This document shows positions 1 through 8,730 of a DNA stretch of 64,000 nt, in pieces; positions within the stretch are counted from its first letter, which is position 1; each line of letters opens with the position of its first letter. The notes beneath the pieces were generated by a model. It did no database searches. It saw only the letters and a program-made list of their open reading frames with translations, and had not been told where the DNA came from. Where the stretch lies: contig JBLWXW010000020.1 in assembly GCA_048267265.1 (NCBI GenBank), positions 1,613-65,612 on the forward strand. Direction: 5' to 3'. A program made the translations under genes and the position numbers. This DNA is from Bacteriovoracaceae bacterium. Its GTDB lineage: Bacteria; Bdellovibrionota; Bacteriovoracia; Bacteriovoracales; Bacteriovoracaceae.

Positions 1-24
1 TTCGATCCATAAATCAGAGTTCAT
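1..24 (-). CDS. 5' end (8 codons) of a gene running off the left edge; possibly spermidine synthase
   Basis: Minus-strand ATG at 24..22 with AAGGA about 9 nt upstream. It reads MNSDLWIE, resembling the xxLW(F/Y)xE N-terminus of SpeE-type spermidine synthases. Only 8 residues are visible, so the product is a guess helped by the adjacent AdoMetDC gene. Confidence 0.3.
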
Positions 25-47
25 AACGATATTTCCTTTTTATTAAA

Positions 48-1019
48 TTAATCTAGTTCTTTATAACGATACATCTTCTCAGGAACTTCCTGCTTCTTAT
101 TGAAGTATCTAAAGTCTACTTCATATCCAATGCTCAAAGTATCCTTAACATGGATAGTTTTCATATAAGTTTGGCCAAAATCCAGTTCTGTCGTGCAATT
201 AAAAGTCATGACATCAAAAGAGAAGGGTCTCAAGATTTCAAGAAAATGATTCAAGAAGTTTCTCGTATCATCACAGAGTTTAATATTAGTTTCAAAGCTC
301 ACATAGGGACTCTTTTCTTGTGGAGTTACGTGAATCGTCAAATAGTCTTCACCTCTAATCCCATTTAAAGAGTAGCCATAAGGCTTGAATACAAAATCAT
401 CAAGTTGAAAGTCAGGAAAGAGCTTTCCTAATTGAAAGAAATCTCTAATTTGTTCAGCACTCAAATCTTCACGAGTAAGGAAGTCAATTACCTGGGGTTC
501 CATATCATACATTAGAAGCTCACAGGTACTATCACTTTCTTCAGGTGCATATTTCTTTGTGGTATGAAAGAGCTGCGTATGATGAGAGTGAAGCTTTCCA
601 AAGCGAAGAGTCTCACCATCAAAATCTTGCATAAGATTTTGTGCATCTTTTAAAAAGTCACTGGGCTGTAATTGAGCGCGATACTCATTCTTTCTTTGGA
701 AGAATAAGCATTCCACATTCTCAGCTCCTAGCTTTTCAACAAAATACTTGGCAGATTGGATCAGCTTAGTTTGTCCACAAGTGAGCATGAGTATTCGATC
801 ATCCCAAACAAAGAGACTCGACTCCGATAACAAAAACGCCTTTAAATTGGAGTTTTCGACTTGAGATAGAATAGTAGCTTCACACTTGGCCACTAACTCC
901 TTCCAAAATTCATCTTTAAGATTCGTCAAAGGTTGCAGTGACTCATTGACAATAATTTCTAGTTTCTTTTCAGCACCTTCAAAAAACAAAATAGACTCCC
1001 TTTTGCTAAAGCAGTGCAA
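48..1019 (-). CDS. S-adenosylmethionine decarboxylase proenzyme, eukaryote-type (class 2, single chain)
   Basis: Motifs occur in the same order as the human/yeast/plant enzyme: FFEGAEKKLEI, LLSESSLFVW (ES|S self-processing site giving pyruvoyl), LTCGQTK, LTIHVTPQE, YVSFETN. The track start at 1019 is TTG. An in-frame TTG at 989 has a GGGAG 6 nt upstream and gives MFFEGAEK, so it may be the real start. Confidence 0.85.
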   Translation of the reverse strand: MHCFSKRESILFFEGAEKKLEIIVNESLQPLTNLKDEFWKELVAKCEATILSQVENSNLKAFLLSESSLFVWDDRILMLTCGQTKLIQSAKYFVEKLGAENVECLFFQRKNEYRAQLQPSDFLKDAQNLMQDFDGETLRFGKLHSHHTQLFHTTKKYAPEESDSTCELLMYDMEPQVIDFLTREDLSAEQIRDFFQLGKLFPDFQLDDFVFKPYGYSLNGIRGEDYLTIHVTPQEKSPYVSFETNIKLCDDTRNFLNHFLEILRPFSFDVMTFNCTTELDFGQTYMKTIHVKDTLSIGYEVDFRYFNKKQEVPEKMYRYKELD

Positions 1020-1188
1020 GTTAAAATTAATAGAGTAAACGGTTGGTAATTTACCACTATAATATCAAAATTTCACTTATTTACCGCAGGAGTAGACCAA
1101 TCTTTATATGTTTTTTCTGTTATTAGAGCTAAATAAATGCCTTATAATATTGGAAATAACCATCTCACTTTAAAGAGAGGACATTGTC

Positions 1189-1866
1189 ATGAAAATAATG
1201 GGTCACAGAGGCGCGAGAAACGAAAAACCAGAAAATACTATGGCGGGATTTCAACACCTCATTGATTTAGGTCTAAATTGCGTTGAACTCGATATCCATC
1301 TATCAAAAGATAAACATATTGTCGTTATTCACGATGAAACCCTTGAGCGTACTACAAATGGAGTTGGTCCTGTAAGCGCTCTGAATTTATCAGAGCTTAA
1401 AGAACTGAACGCTGGCGAAGGTGAGCAAATCCCAACCTTAGAAGAGGTATTCAATCTTCTTCTTCCTCTCGGCTTTGAAATCCAAGTAGAAATTAAAGAT
1501 CCACATACTGTCGCCCCCCTGATAGAGCGTCTAAAAAAAATGGATGATAAGAGTCTTGCTCAATTAATTATAATAAGCTTTGATCACCGAACAATCTTTA
1601 AAGTTAAGAATCAGATCCCTTTTATCCGAACGACAGGAATTCTCTACGGGTATCCTCTAGATCCTTGTTCAGTAATTAAGGCCGCACGGGCCGATGGAAT
1701 AAGCATTAATCTTGAGTTTGCAGATGAAGAATTAGTTAAGAAGGTAAAGAAAGAAAAGTATTCAGTGACCGTTTGGAATGCAAATACAAAGGAAGATTTT
1801 GAAAGAATGAAGGCCTTGGGCATCGACTATATCGCGACAGATGCCCCAACCACTATAATGAATTAG
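1189..1866 (+). CDS. glycerophosphodiester phosphodiesterase (GDPD family)
   Basis: N-terminal HRGARNEKPENTMAGF...VELDIHLSKDKHIVVIHDETLERTTNG is the GDPD signature. ATG preceded by GAGAGG. Confidence 0.88.
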   Translation: MKIMGHRGARNEKPENTMAGFQHLIDLGLNCVELDIHLSKDKHIVVIHDETLERTTNGVGPVSALNLSELKELNAGEGEQIPTLEEVFNLLLPLGFEIQVEIKDPHTVAPLIERLKKMDDKSLAQLIIISFDHRTIFKVKNQIPFIRTTGILYGYPLDPCSVIKAARADGISINLEFADEELVKKVKKEKYSVTVWNANTKEDFERMKALGIDYIATDAPTTIMN

Positions 1867-2270
1867 TTTCCAATACGGACCATATTCTTACACTCATAAT
1901 CTTCGGCAGTGAAAGAGCTTTGTCTTCTCTCAAGCTTTAGATCCTCTAGTCGAGAGTTTTTAACTTTTCCAGAGAACTCTTTCGATTCCTCTCCGGTAAA
2001 GCCAATATAGTCTTGCTCAATTTTAAAATCACCATCGTCTGAAATCGTTTCGATTCTATATTTCGCAATATACTCAACTGCTTGAACATACCCTTTCTTT
2101 ATATACGTGATCTCTAACATATTACCTGGGTAGTCCTTAATTTCTACAATACAACCTTTATCGCCTGAATAGTCTCCAATGAGGTCCTCTGGGGAAAGAC
2201 CTGCCGCGAATGAAGAAGAAGCAAAGGTATAACCTAAAAGCAGTAGTCCAATTATTTTTGTCATTCTCAT
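1863..2270 (-). CDS. hypothetical secreted protein
   Basis: 135-aa ORF with an N-terminal signal peptide (MRMTKIIGLLLLGYTFASSSFAA). No recognisable domain. Confidence 0.55.
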   Translation of the reverse strand: MRMTKIIGLLLLGYTFASSSFAAGLSPEDLIGDYSGDKGCIVEIKDYPGNMLEITYIKKGYVQAVEYIAKYRIETISDDGDFKIEQDYIGFTGEESKEFSGKVKNSRLEDLKLERRQSSFTAEDYECKNMVRIGN

Positions 2271-2401
2271 CTCCTCAATCCATAAATTTGTGGCGAGAGA
2301 ATACCTAATTCAACTGCATTTGCATTAGGGCCTGTAGAATTTACTTATTTAGTGAGAACTAAAGCCTCTGATAATCATCACTTATCCGAGGCCGTTGTGA
2401 A

Positions 2402-3643
2402 TTATTGAGCGTAAACACAGCTCATAAGCTTATTGAGATTTGATCCCGTTGAGTTTTGAAGAGGTCCAAAGTGATTATAGGCCCATCCTGCATAGAAGTG
2501 AGGAGTCACACAGCGCTTTCCACCCTCCTTTAAAGATGACCCTACTTTATTACTTGGGTGAGTATTGCGACTACTCGTTGAGTTTACTTGGACCGCAAAG
2601 GTTTGTAGTAGTTTATGAACTCCGCAGTAAGCATTAAAGTGCTGCTGCGAAGATCCAACGAGAGGGATAAGTTCAGATTGAGAGTCTGAAGTTGTCTTAC
2701 AACTTGGATAATCTCTATTCCATTGCTTTATACAAGGGTTGATATTCCCAACATAGCGTGGAGTGAATTGGAATAATCCGATATTAAGTTTTGAAGCTGC
2801 ATCTTGATAAGGATCTTCATAGAACTTTACTCCCTCAGGCTTTGAATATCCAGAAGGCCCGTACTTTCTTGCAACGCTATAGCTACTACTTGTATCGGCC
2901 GTAGAAAGACTTTCACTATAAGCAAGGCACCCAAAGAATTTACCCCAATGCTTTTTAAGATCCACTAGAGCTTCAACATCTCCATCAAGATAAAGCTCAC
3001 GATAGCGGTTGTGGTCTTCGGCAAATCTATTGGCCAAGGCAATGGTTGAGCTTCCTGGAACTTTTTTAATGGTACTAGATAGGCTTGATTTTGTTACAGA
3101 GCAAAGCTCATGAGACACAAGACTTACTTGATCGTAACTATTTGGATTAGAAGACATATTATAATAAGGAGCTATACCTTGAATTTGCACTGTTTGCTTC
3201 TTTGAGAGCTCTTCTACGAAAAAGCCAATAGCATCCGCAAAGCGTGAATTTCCTTTTAAGTCTGTATGACAAGAGTCACCTTCATTAACAGATGCCAGAC
3301 GACGAGACTTTGAGAGTTCATCATTACCATTTGTATAATCAACTGTATCGGCGATAGTATCAGCTACTTCTAACCAAGAACTTTGAGAGTCCCCTGGATT
3401 TGGAGTTGGATCAGGAGATGGCTCCTCGCCAACGAGATCGTCTTCTCCATCTACAGGCTCATCTTCATCGCTATTGGAATCGCTATTGGAATCGCTATCC
3501 GAGTCATCAGGTACTTGAGTGGAAGTATCATCTTCTTCGCAGACAACATTTCCTTTAGCGTCTTTAGAGCAGCCTTCAGGCACACAAGATGCAGTTTGAG
3601 ATAATAGTAATAAAACAAGGAGTGGTAGAGTAAATTTTTTCAT
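2402..3643 (-). CDS. secreted lipoprotein with acidic SD/SN repeat; possible lytic-transglycosylase-like C-terminal region
   Basis: Signal peptide plus lipobox-like TASC. Low-complexity DDSDSDSNSDSNSDEDE tract. AYSESLS ... NIGLFQFTP resembles the ES...GL(M/F)Q motifs of SLT/goose-lysozyme-type domains. This is a by-eye match only. Confidence 0.5.
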   Translation of the reverse strand: MKKFTLPLLVLLLLSQTASCVPEGCSKDAKGNVVCEEDDTSTQVPDDSDSDSNSDSNSDEDEPVDGEDDLVGEEPSPDPTPNPGDSQSSWLEVADTIADTVDYTNGNDELSKSRRLASVNEGDSCHTDLKGNSRFADAIGFFVEELSKKQTVQIQGIAPYYNMSSNPNSYDQVSLVSHELCSVTKSSLSSTIKKVPGSSTIALANRFAEDHNRYRELYLDGDVEALVDLKKHWGKFFGCLAYSESLSTADTSSSYSVARKYGPSGYSKPEGVKFYEDPYQDAASKLNIGLFQFTPRYVGNINPCIKQWNRDYPSCKTTSDSQSELIPLVGSSQQHFNAYCGVHKLLQTFAVQVNSTSSRNTHPSNKVGSSLKEGGKRCVTPHFYAGWAYNHFGPLQNSTGSNLNKLMSCVYAQ

Positions 3644-3798
3644 ACTCTACTCATCGTCTAGGCAAAAGATTCCTTGAGAAAAAAATGCCTAATTCTAAAC
3701 ACTTATACCCAACCAGAGAGCTCAAGAATAACCCCATGCTTTTCTATTCTCAAAGAATTCGTTACGATTGATTTTCAAAAATCTTACTAAGGATAGTT

Positions 3799-5229
3799 AT
3801 GACAACGGATAACCTACAGGCGTTGAATGACCTTCTGGCCAAAAACTTTGCAACTGATGGCCATATGGAATTACGCCTCCAAAGTACCAAATCACATCTC
3901 TTAAATCTCAATAATGGAAACTTAACAGCAAATGATGAGTCGATGAGTTCTGGCTTCAGTGCTCGCTGCTTTGATAATGGTGGTTGGGGGTTTGCAAGCT
4001 CCTCCCTCGTTGATGTGAATGGGCTAAGCTCTAGCGCTCAAATTGAAAAGGCCAGAGAGGTTTTATTGAAAGCAAAGAACCATGGCCACTTTATGGGTAA
4101 GGCCATGCAAAACCCTCTCGATACAGCTTTGCCCAAGCAGAGCTTTCGCTATATTCAAGATAGAGCTCGCTATGAAAAAGAAGTAAGCACTAAAGAACAA
4201 GTTGAGTTCCTTAAAGAGCTCAATGAATATATTAATAAGAAATATAGTGACCTTAAATCAGTTCAACTGATCTTTGCCTATAATGAACTTGATAAAACAC
4301 TTGTGAATACAATGGGGAGTGAAGCCTCTCATATTCTTCCAAGAATGGCCTTCTATCTTAAGTTTTCTATGGAAAAAGATGGTGAAGTAGTAAGCCTTCT
4401 TGAGGCCTTAAGTGGTAATGGAAAAGCAGATCTCTTTTTAAAAGATTTATCTCATTATGATGAAGTCATTGATTCGCTTTATAAGAAAGTAAAAGATAAA
4501 TCTAGCGGAATTCATGCTACGGCCGGAGTAAAAGACCTTATTCTTGCTCCAGCAGTTACTGGTATTCTGGCCCATGAGGCCATAGGCCACCCAGCAGAGG
4601 CCGATCTTGTAAAAGCAGGCTCAGTTGCTGGGAACTATCTCGGTAAAAAAGTGGGAACAGATCTTGTTAATATGGTTGATTTCGCTCACACCTATAATGG
4701 TGAAGAACTACCTGTGCCTGTATATATTGATGATGAAGGAGTCGAAGGTAAGGATGTCCACCTTATTGAGAATGGAGTTTTCAAAGGCTATATGAATAAC
4801 CGAGAGCTCTCGGCCTTCTATGGTCATAATTCAACGGGTAATGCTCGTGCATTTGACTATAACGATGAGCCTCTTATTAGAATGAGAAATACGATGATTC
4901 TCCCAGGTACGAGTAAACTTGAAGATATGATCTCCTCTATTGAAGATGGATATTACTTCTTAAGTAGCTCAAATGGTCAGGCCGATCTTACAAGTGAATT
5001 TATGTTTGGTGTAACTATGGGCTATGAGATCAAAAATGGAAAACTAGGTAGGGCGATTAAAGATACTACAATATCAGGTGTTGCCTTTGATATGCTTGGA
5101 ACCGTCGACATGGTCAGTGATGAAATGCATATTTCTTGTTCAGGATTTTGTGGAAAGAAGCAACGTATGATCGTCTCTCACGGTGGTCCATCTGTTAAAT
5201 GTCGTCTACATGTAGGAGGTCGTTCATGA
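3799..5229 (+). CDS. tldD: TldD-family metalloprotease
   Basis: 476 aa with the HEAIGHPAEAD motif typical of TldD. Followed by an overlapping PmbA-like paralogue. Confidence 0.88.
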   Translation: MTTDNLQALNDLLAKNFATDGHMELRLQSTKSHLLNLNNGNLTANDESMSSGFSARCFDNGGWGFASSSLVDVNGLSSSAQIEKAREVLLKAKNHGHFMGKAMQNPLDTALPKQSFRYIQDRARYEKEVSTKEQVEFLKELNEYINKKYSDLKSVQLIFAYNELDKTLVNTMGSEASHILPRMAFYLKFSMEKDGEVVSLLEALSGNGKADLFLKDLSHYDEVIDSLYKKVKDKSSGIHATAGVKDLILAPAVTGILAHEAIGHPAEADLVKAGSVAGNYLGKKVGTDLVNMVDFAHTYNGEELPVPVYIDDEGVEGKDVHLIENGVFKGYMNNRELSAFYGHNSTGNARAFDYNDEPLIRMRNTMILPGTSKLEDMISSIEDGYYFLSSSNGQADLTSEFMFGVTMGYEIKNGKLGRAIKDTTISGVAFDMLGTVDMVSDEMHISCSGFCGKKQRMIVSHGGPSVKCRLHVGGRS

Positions 5230-6536
5230 GTTTAGAAAAAATATCAAATACAGCATTAAACTTTCTATTAGAAGAAGGTGCTGAGCAGGCCCAAGTGATT
5301 TCCTCTCACACCCTTTTAGAAGAGCTTCAATATGAAAATAATGATTTTACTCTTCTCAGAAGTGTTGAAGATCAAAGCTGTGATTTAACGGCCATTAAAG
5401 ATCAAAAGATGGGTAGTTATAGTATTACAAGAACAGATACTGACTCTTTAAAACTGGCCGCTCAAAAAGCAATCTCTATAACGGAATCAGGACAAGCGGA
5501 TAGCGCCTATGCAATTGCAACAAGTCAGGATCAAGTGGCCAAGGGCTATGAAAACTTTGAGTCTGGCCCCCAAGAAGCAAATCTAGATCAAATGACAAAG
5601 TTGATTCAGCACTTTGTTCGTGACGTTACTCACAAGTATCCACAGATTGGGCTTAGAAGCGTAAGTGTTAAATTCATTAAGTCAGAGTTTCATTATCTGA
5701 ACTCTAATGATCTCGAAGCTACATCTACCAAGGGATATTACAGCTTTGGCGTCATGTTCAATGCCAGTGAAGGAGATAAATCGAGCTCAATGGATTTTGA
5801 CTCCCTATCATTCACTGACTTTGATGATAAGATGAGTAACCTCTTGGCCCCTGAAGTATTTGGAAATAAATTCAAACATACAGTGGCCCATCTTCATGCT
5901 CACAAGTATGAAAAGAGTTTTTCAGGTAAGGCCATTATCACTCCTCAATGCTGGAATAGCTTTGTTCAAATGATTAACTCCCACCTGTCGACTGGTTCAC
6001 TCCTAGCGGGAACAAGTAAGCTCGAAGGAAAAATTGGAGAAAAAGTCGGATCAAAACTCTTTCATATAGAGTCTCGACCTCATAGTCCACTCTTTGCTGT
6101 GCCTTCAGTTATGACGGGAGAAGGTATTTTTACAAAAGATATCACTCTATTTGATGAAGGCGTTCTCCAGACCTACCTAGTAGGACTCTATGGACGCAAT
6201 AAGCTCAAGCTTAAAGAGGTCAGTAATTTTGCTAATCACCTCTATATGCCGGCAGGAGAAACCCCGCTTGAAAAAATGATTGAGGGTATTGATGAAGGCA
6301 TTCTTGTTGGTCGCTTCTCTGGGGGCGCCCCCAACTCCAATGGAGATTTCTCTGGAATTGCGAAGAATAGTTTTATGATTAAGGATGGGAAAATTGCCCA
6401 ACCCCTAAGTGAAACGATGATCTCTGGAAACCTTTTTGAGCTAATTCAATCTATCTATGCAACAAGTAGTGAAGTTTATCAAAATGGAAACCTTCACCTC
6501 CCCCATGTGGCCTGTGATGGAATTAGCGTTTCATAA
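5226..6536 (+). CDS. pmbA: PmbA/TldE-family protein (TldD partner)
   Basis: TldD/PmbA-fold paralogue lacking HExxH. ATG at 5226 overlaps the tldD stop (ATGA), so this is preferred over the longer track start at 5199. Confidence 0.8.
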   Translation: MSLEKISNTALNFLLEEGAEQAQVISSHTLLEELQYENNDFTLLRSVEDQSCDLTAIKDQKMGSYSITRTDTDSLKLAAQKAISITESGQADSAYAIATSQDQVAKGYENFESGPQEANLDQMTKLIQHFVRDVTHKYPQIGLRSVSVKFIKSEFHYLNSNDLEATSTKGYYSFGVMFNASEGDKSSSMDFDSLSFTDFDDKMSNLLAPEVFGNKFKHTVAHLHAHKYEKSFSGKAIITPQCWNSFVQMINSHLSTGSLLAGTSKLEGKIGEKVGSKLFHIESRPHSPLFAVPSVMTGEGIFTKDITLFDEGVLQTYLVGLYGRNKLKLKEVSNFANHLYMPAGETPLEKMIEGIDEGILVGRFSGGAPNSNGDFSGIAKNSFMIKDGKIAQPLSETMISGNLFELIQSIYATSSEVYQNGNLHLPHVACDGISVS

Positions 6537-7052
6537 CTTTAAATAAGCAGTATCAGGATGGAGTTCTCTCATGCGACAATCGATAAGGTGTCCATGAGAG
6601 TCTCTAAACTTAACAGTGAACCAAAATAATTGCGAGTTGAAACGCTCACTACAATTATCGGGACGATCTCCTCGATCTAGTTTTCCTAACTTATCTTTAA
6701 TCACTCGAAAAACTTGGCGAAATATACAGATCCATGGATTGGTATCTACAAAGATCACTAAATCTGCAGCAGGCCAACGAATGTCAAAGGTAGTGCCATA
6801 ATTTCCATCCATAATAAAAGAAGGATGGGAAACAATCTCAGTACAACTCTTTCTAAACTCTTGCTCAGGAAGTGGATTCCAATCCTTGCTCCAAAAATAT
6901 TGATCGAGATGATAGAGAGGAATATCTAAGGCATTGGCCAGCTTCTTAGCAAGATAAGACTTACCGGCACCGGGGGCACCAAGAATTAAGATTTTCTGAT
7001 AGGACTTTAACTTAGATACGGACTCCGAATCCAAGAGTTGTTTGATATTCAC
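6531..7052 (-). CDS. P-loop NTPase, adenylate-kinase-like / topology-modulation (FlaR-like) family
   Basis: Walker A ILILGAPGAGKSYLAKKL near the N-terminus, about 170 aa. The track ORF extends to 7160 but that part overlaps the upstream OMP gene. GTG codons at 7052 or 7058 are more plausible starts. Confidence 0.65.
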   Translation of the reverse strand: MNIKQLLDSESVSKLKSYQKILILGAPGAGKSYLAKKLANALDIPLYHLDQYFWSKDWNPLPEQEFRKSCTEIVSHPSFIMDGNYGTTFDIRWPAADLVIFVDTNPWICIFRQVFRVIKDKLGKLDRGDRPDNCSERFNSQLFWFTVKFRDSHGHLIDCRMRELHPDTAYLKL

Positions 7053-7581
7053 GGTCACTCCCCTTTGGACGTCCGGTGAAAATAACAGTAATTCCACCAT
7101 TGGCAAAGAGGTTTCCAAAAAGATTAAAGTTGAAGCCTGTACCTGCATAGGGAGAGACATAGATTGCTGGCTCCCTAACCGTAGTTACTCCAGCAGTTGT
7201 TGTGGTGTACTTACTCTGTCTTGCCTGGGCACCAGCGCGTAAATACCAATTCAAAATGCCAAGGTTAAAGCTTGAGCGAAGACCTAGCTTTGCTGCTGTA
7301 GACTCCTCTTTTTCAGTTAAATCCTGTTCATAGAGAGTTTCACTATCTTCACTCTTGGTAACCTCGGCCTCTGCCGACAGATAACTGGGGCCAAACATTA
7401 GATTTAACCCATAGACCATTCTCGTCTTAGTCTTTTGTACAGGACTAACTTTTACAACTCTCTCGTAACCCACAATTGGTGTTATCTTAAGAGCACCAGA
7501 GCCGAAGGCCTTTGAGACAACGGCCGAAGCGCTAGAGAGAGTTAGGATATAAATAAATAGGGATAGTAATAGTCTTTTCAT
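7012..7581 (-). CDS. small outer-membrane beta-barrel protein (putative)
   Basis: Signal peptide MKRLLLSLFIYILTLSSASA. Alternating hydrophobic/polar beta-strand pattern rich in Gly/Tyr/Thr. 189 aa. Confidence 0.6.
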   Translation of the reverse strand: MKRLLLSLFIYILTLSSASAVVSKAFGSGALKITPIVGYERVVKVSPVQKTKTRMVYGLNLMFGPSYLSAEAEVTKSEDSETLYEQDLTEKEESTAAKLGLRSSFNLGILNWYLRAGAQARQSKYTTTTAGVTTVREPAIYVSPYAGTGFNFNLFGNLFANGGITVIFTGRPKGSDREYQTTLGFGVRI

Positions 7582-7612
7582 GACACATATTGTCTCAAAA
7601 AGGACTATTTAT

Positions 7613-7786
7613 TTAAACAGTGGAGGAACTTGCCTCTTTGATAGAGTTCTTTAAGCTCTCAGAAGCCTTTTCTTCCTGCTCCTGAAGGTCTACTCCCCAA
7701 GAGTCGGCCAAACTTAAAACCTTACTTTTCTCACGCTCTAAGCGTAGTAATTCCGTCAGAAAGTCGCTGGGCACTTGAAATGTCAT
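7613..7786 (-). CDS. small hypothetical protein (57 aa), not in the ORF track
   Basis: ATG at 7786 with GGAGG 6 nt upstream. Translated by hand as MTFQVPSDFLTELLRLEREKSKVLSLADSWGVDLQEQEEKASESLKNSIKEASSSTV, stop at 7615..7613. Same strand as both neighbours and fills an otherwise empty 300-nt gap. Confidence 0.45.
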   Translation of the reverse strand: MTFQVPSDFLTELLRLEREKSKVLSLADSWGVDLQEQEEKASESLKNSIKEASSSTV

Positions 7787-7883
7787 AATCTACCTCCAAG
7801 GTGTTTCATTAATTAAACCATAGTTTGAGCCATCAAACAATAATTAATTCAGGAGGAAGAATCTATTTATTATCAGCTTTTTC

Positions 7884-8462
7884 TCACCTCTTCACCTCAG
7901 CTCTCGTAACAAGAAATCTTATCGAGACAATGAGATTTGTCAGCGCACTCAAAGGCATGAACACATAGGGAAGGATAATTTGATCAATTCCTCGATAGAT
8001 TGGAGCACTCTCATTGATGAAATTTATCTTTATAAAGAGAAAGAGCAACACAAAGAAAACCATTCCAGGCTCCCATCGGTTCAGTTTATTGCGAGTTTTT
8101 GGCCACTTTGGAGCTGATCCAAACTTAAGGATAGAGTGTGAGAACTGAAGCCCATTTCGAATCACTAAGATAATCAGATAATAGCTAGGCACTTCTCTTT
8201 GAACATAGAAGTAAAAGATCAATGCAATAGTAAAGATATTATCGGCCACAGAATCTAGCCATGCTCCAAACTCTGTAACTTGTCCCAAACGACGAGCTAG
8301 ATATCCATCGAGCAAATCAGTCATCGATGCCAATAAGAATACGATCAATCCCCATAAATAGAGATAATTTTGAAGAAGAGCAATGACAACGAAAGTCAGA
8401 ATGATTCGCGAGAGCCCAAGAATATTGGGAATATTGAATTGAATTAGTGATTTTTTAACCAT
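7884..8462 (-). CDS. pgsA: CDP-alcohol phosphatidyltransferase (phosphatidylglycerophosphate synthase-like)
   Basis: DLLDGYLARRLGQVTEFGAWLDSVADN matches the DG(x)2AR(x)8G(x)3D(x)3D motif. Multi-TM. Start placed at MVKKSLIQFNIPN (8462) rather than the longer track start. Confidence 0.8.
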   Translation of the reverse strand: MVKKSLIQFNIPNILGLSRIILTFVVIALLQNYLYLWGLIVFLLASMTDLLDGYLARRLGQVTEFGAWLDSVADNIFTIALIFYFYVQREVPSYYLIILVIRNGLQFSHSILKFGSAPKWPKTRNKLNRWEPGMVFFVLLFLFIKINFINESAPIYRGIDQIILPYVFMPLSALTNLIVSIRFLVTRAEVKR

Positions 8463-8730
8463 GATCCATCTCTTTATGGGTTTATAAATAGAGAGCACTT
8501 TATGAGTCTTAACCCAAACATAGAGTTCAAAGCATCTCGGCACCACTCTTGCAGCATAATAGGCTAAAGATTAAAGAAAATTATAGCCTAAAATGCTGAT
8601 TTTTCTGATTAATTTAAGATGTAAGGGCTTCAACCTTTTGTAATTACAAAAAGCTCTCGGATCGTAAAATCGATACTTTTTACACCGAAGCTCTAGGGTA
8701 ATGACCAAATTTTGCTCAACTGGAGAACGC

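Noticed and set aside
150-368. 72-aa plus-strand ORF antisense to the AdoMetDC gene
   Set aside because: It is embedded in a confidently identified gene on the other strand and has no start context or recognisable product.
3469-3504. Short tandem repeats here, at 47458-47502 and at 58605-59462, considered as CRISPR or other non-coding arrays
   Set aside because: All are in-frame multiples of 3 (12, 15 and 33 nt) inside long ORFs. They encode amino-acid repeats with no spacers and no cas genes.
5199-8546. Long N-terminal extensions in the ORF track (5199-5225 of pmbA, 7053-7160 of the P-loop gene, 8463-8546 of pgsA, and similarly 8701-8730, 14540-14578, 43764-43793, 51149-51157, 56019-56051, 62547-62627)
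   Set aside because: The extensions overlap upstream genes or precede obvious signal peptides, conserved N-termini or Shine-Dalgarno-associated internal starts. The shorter gene models were used instead.
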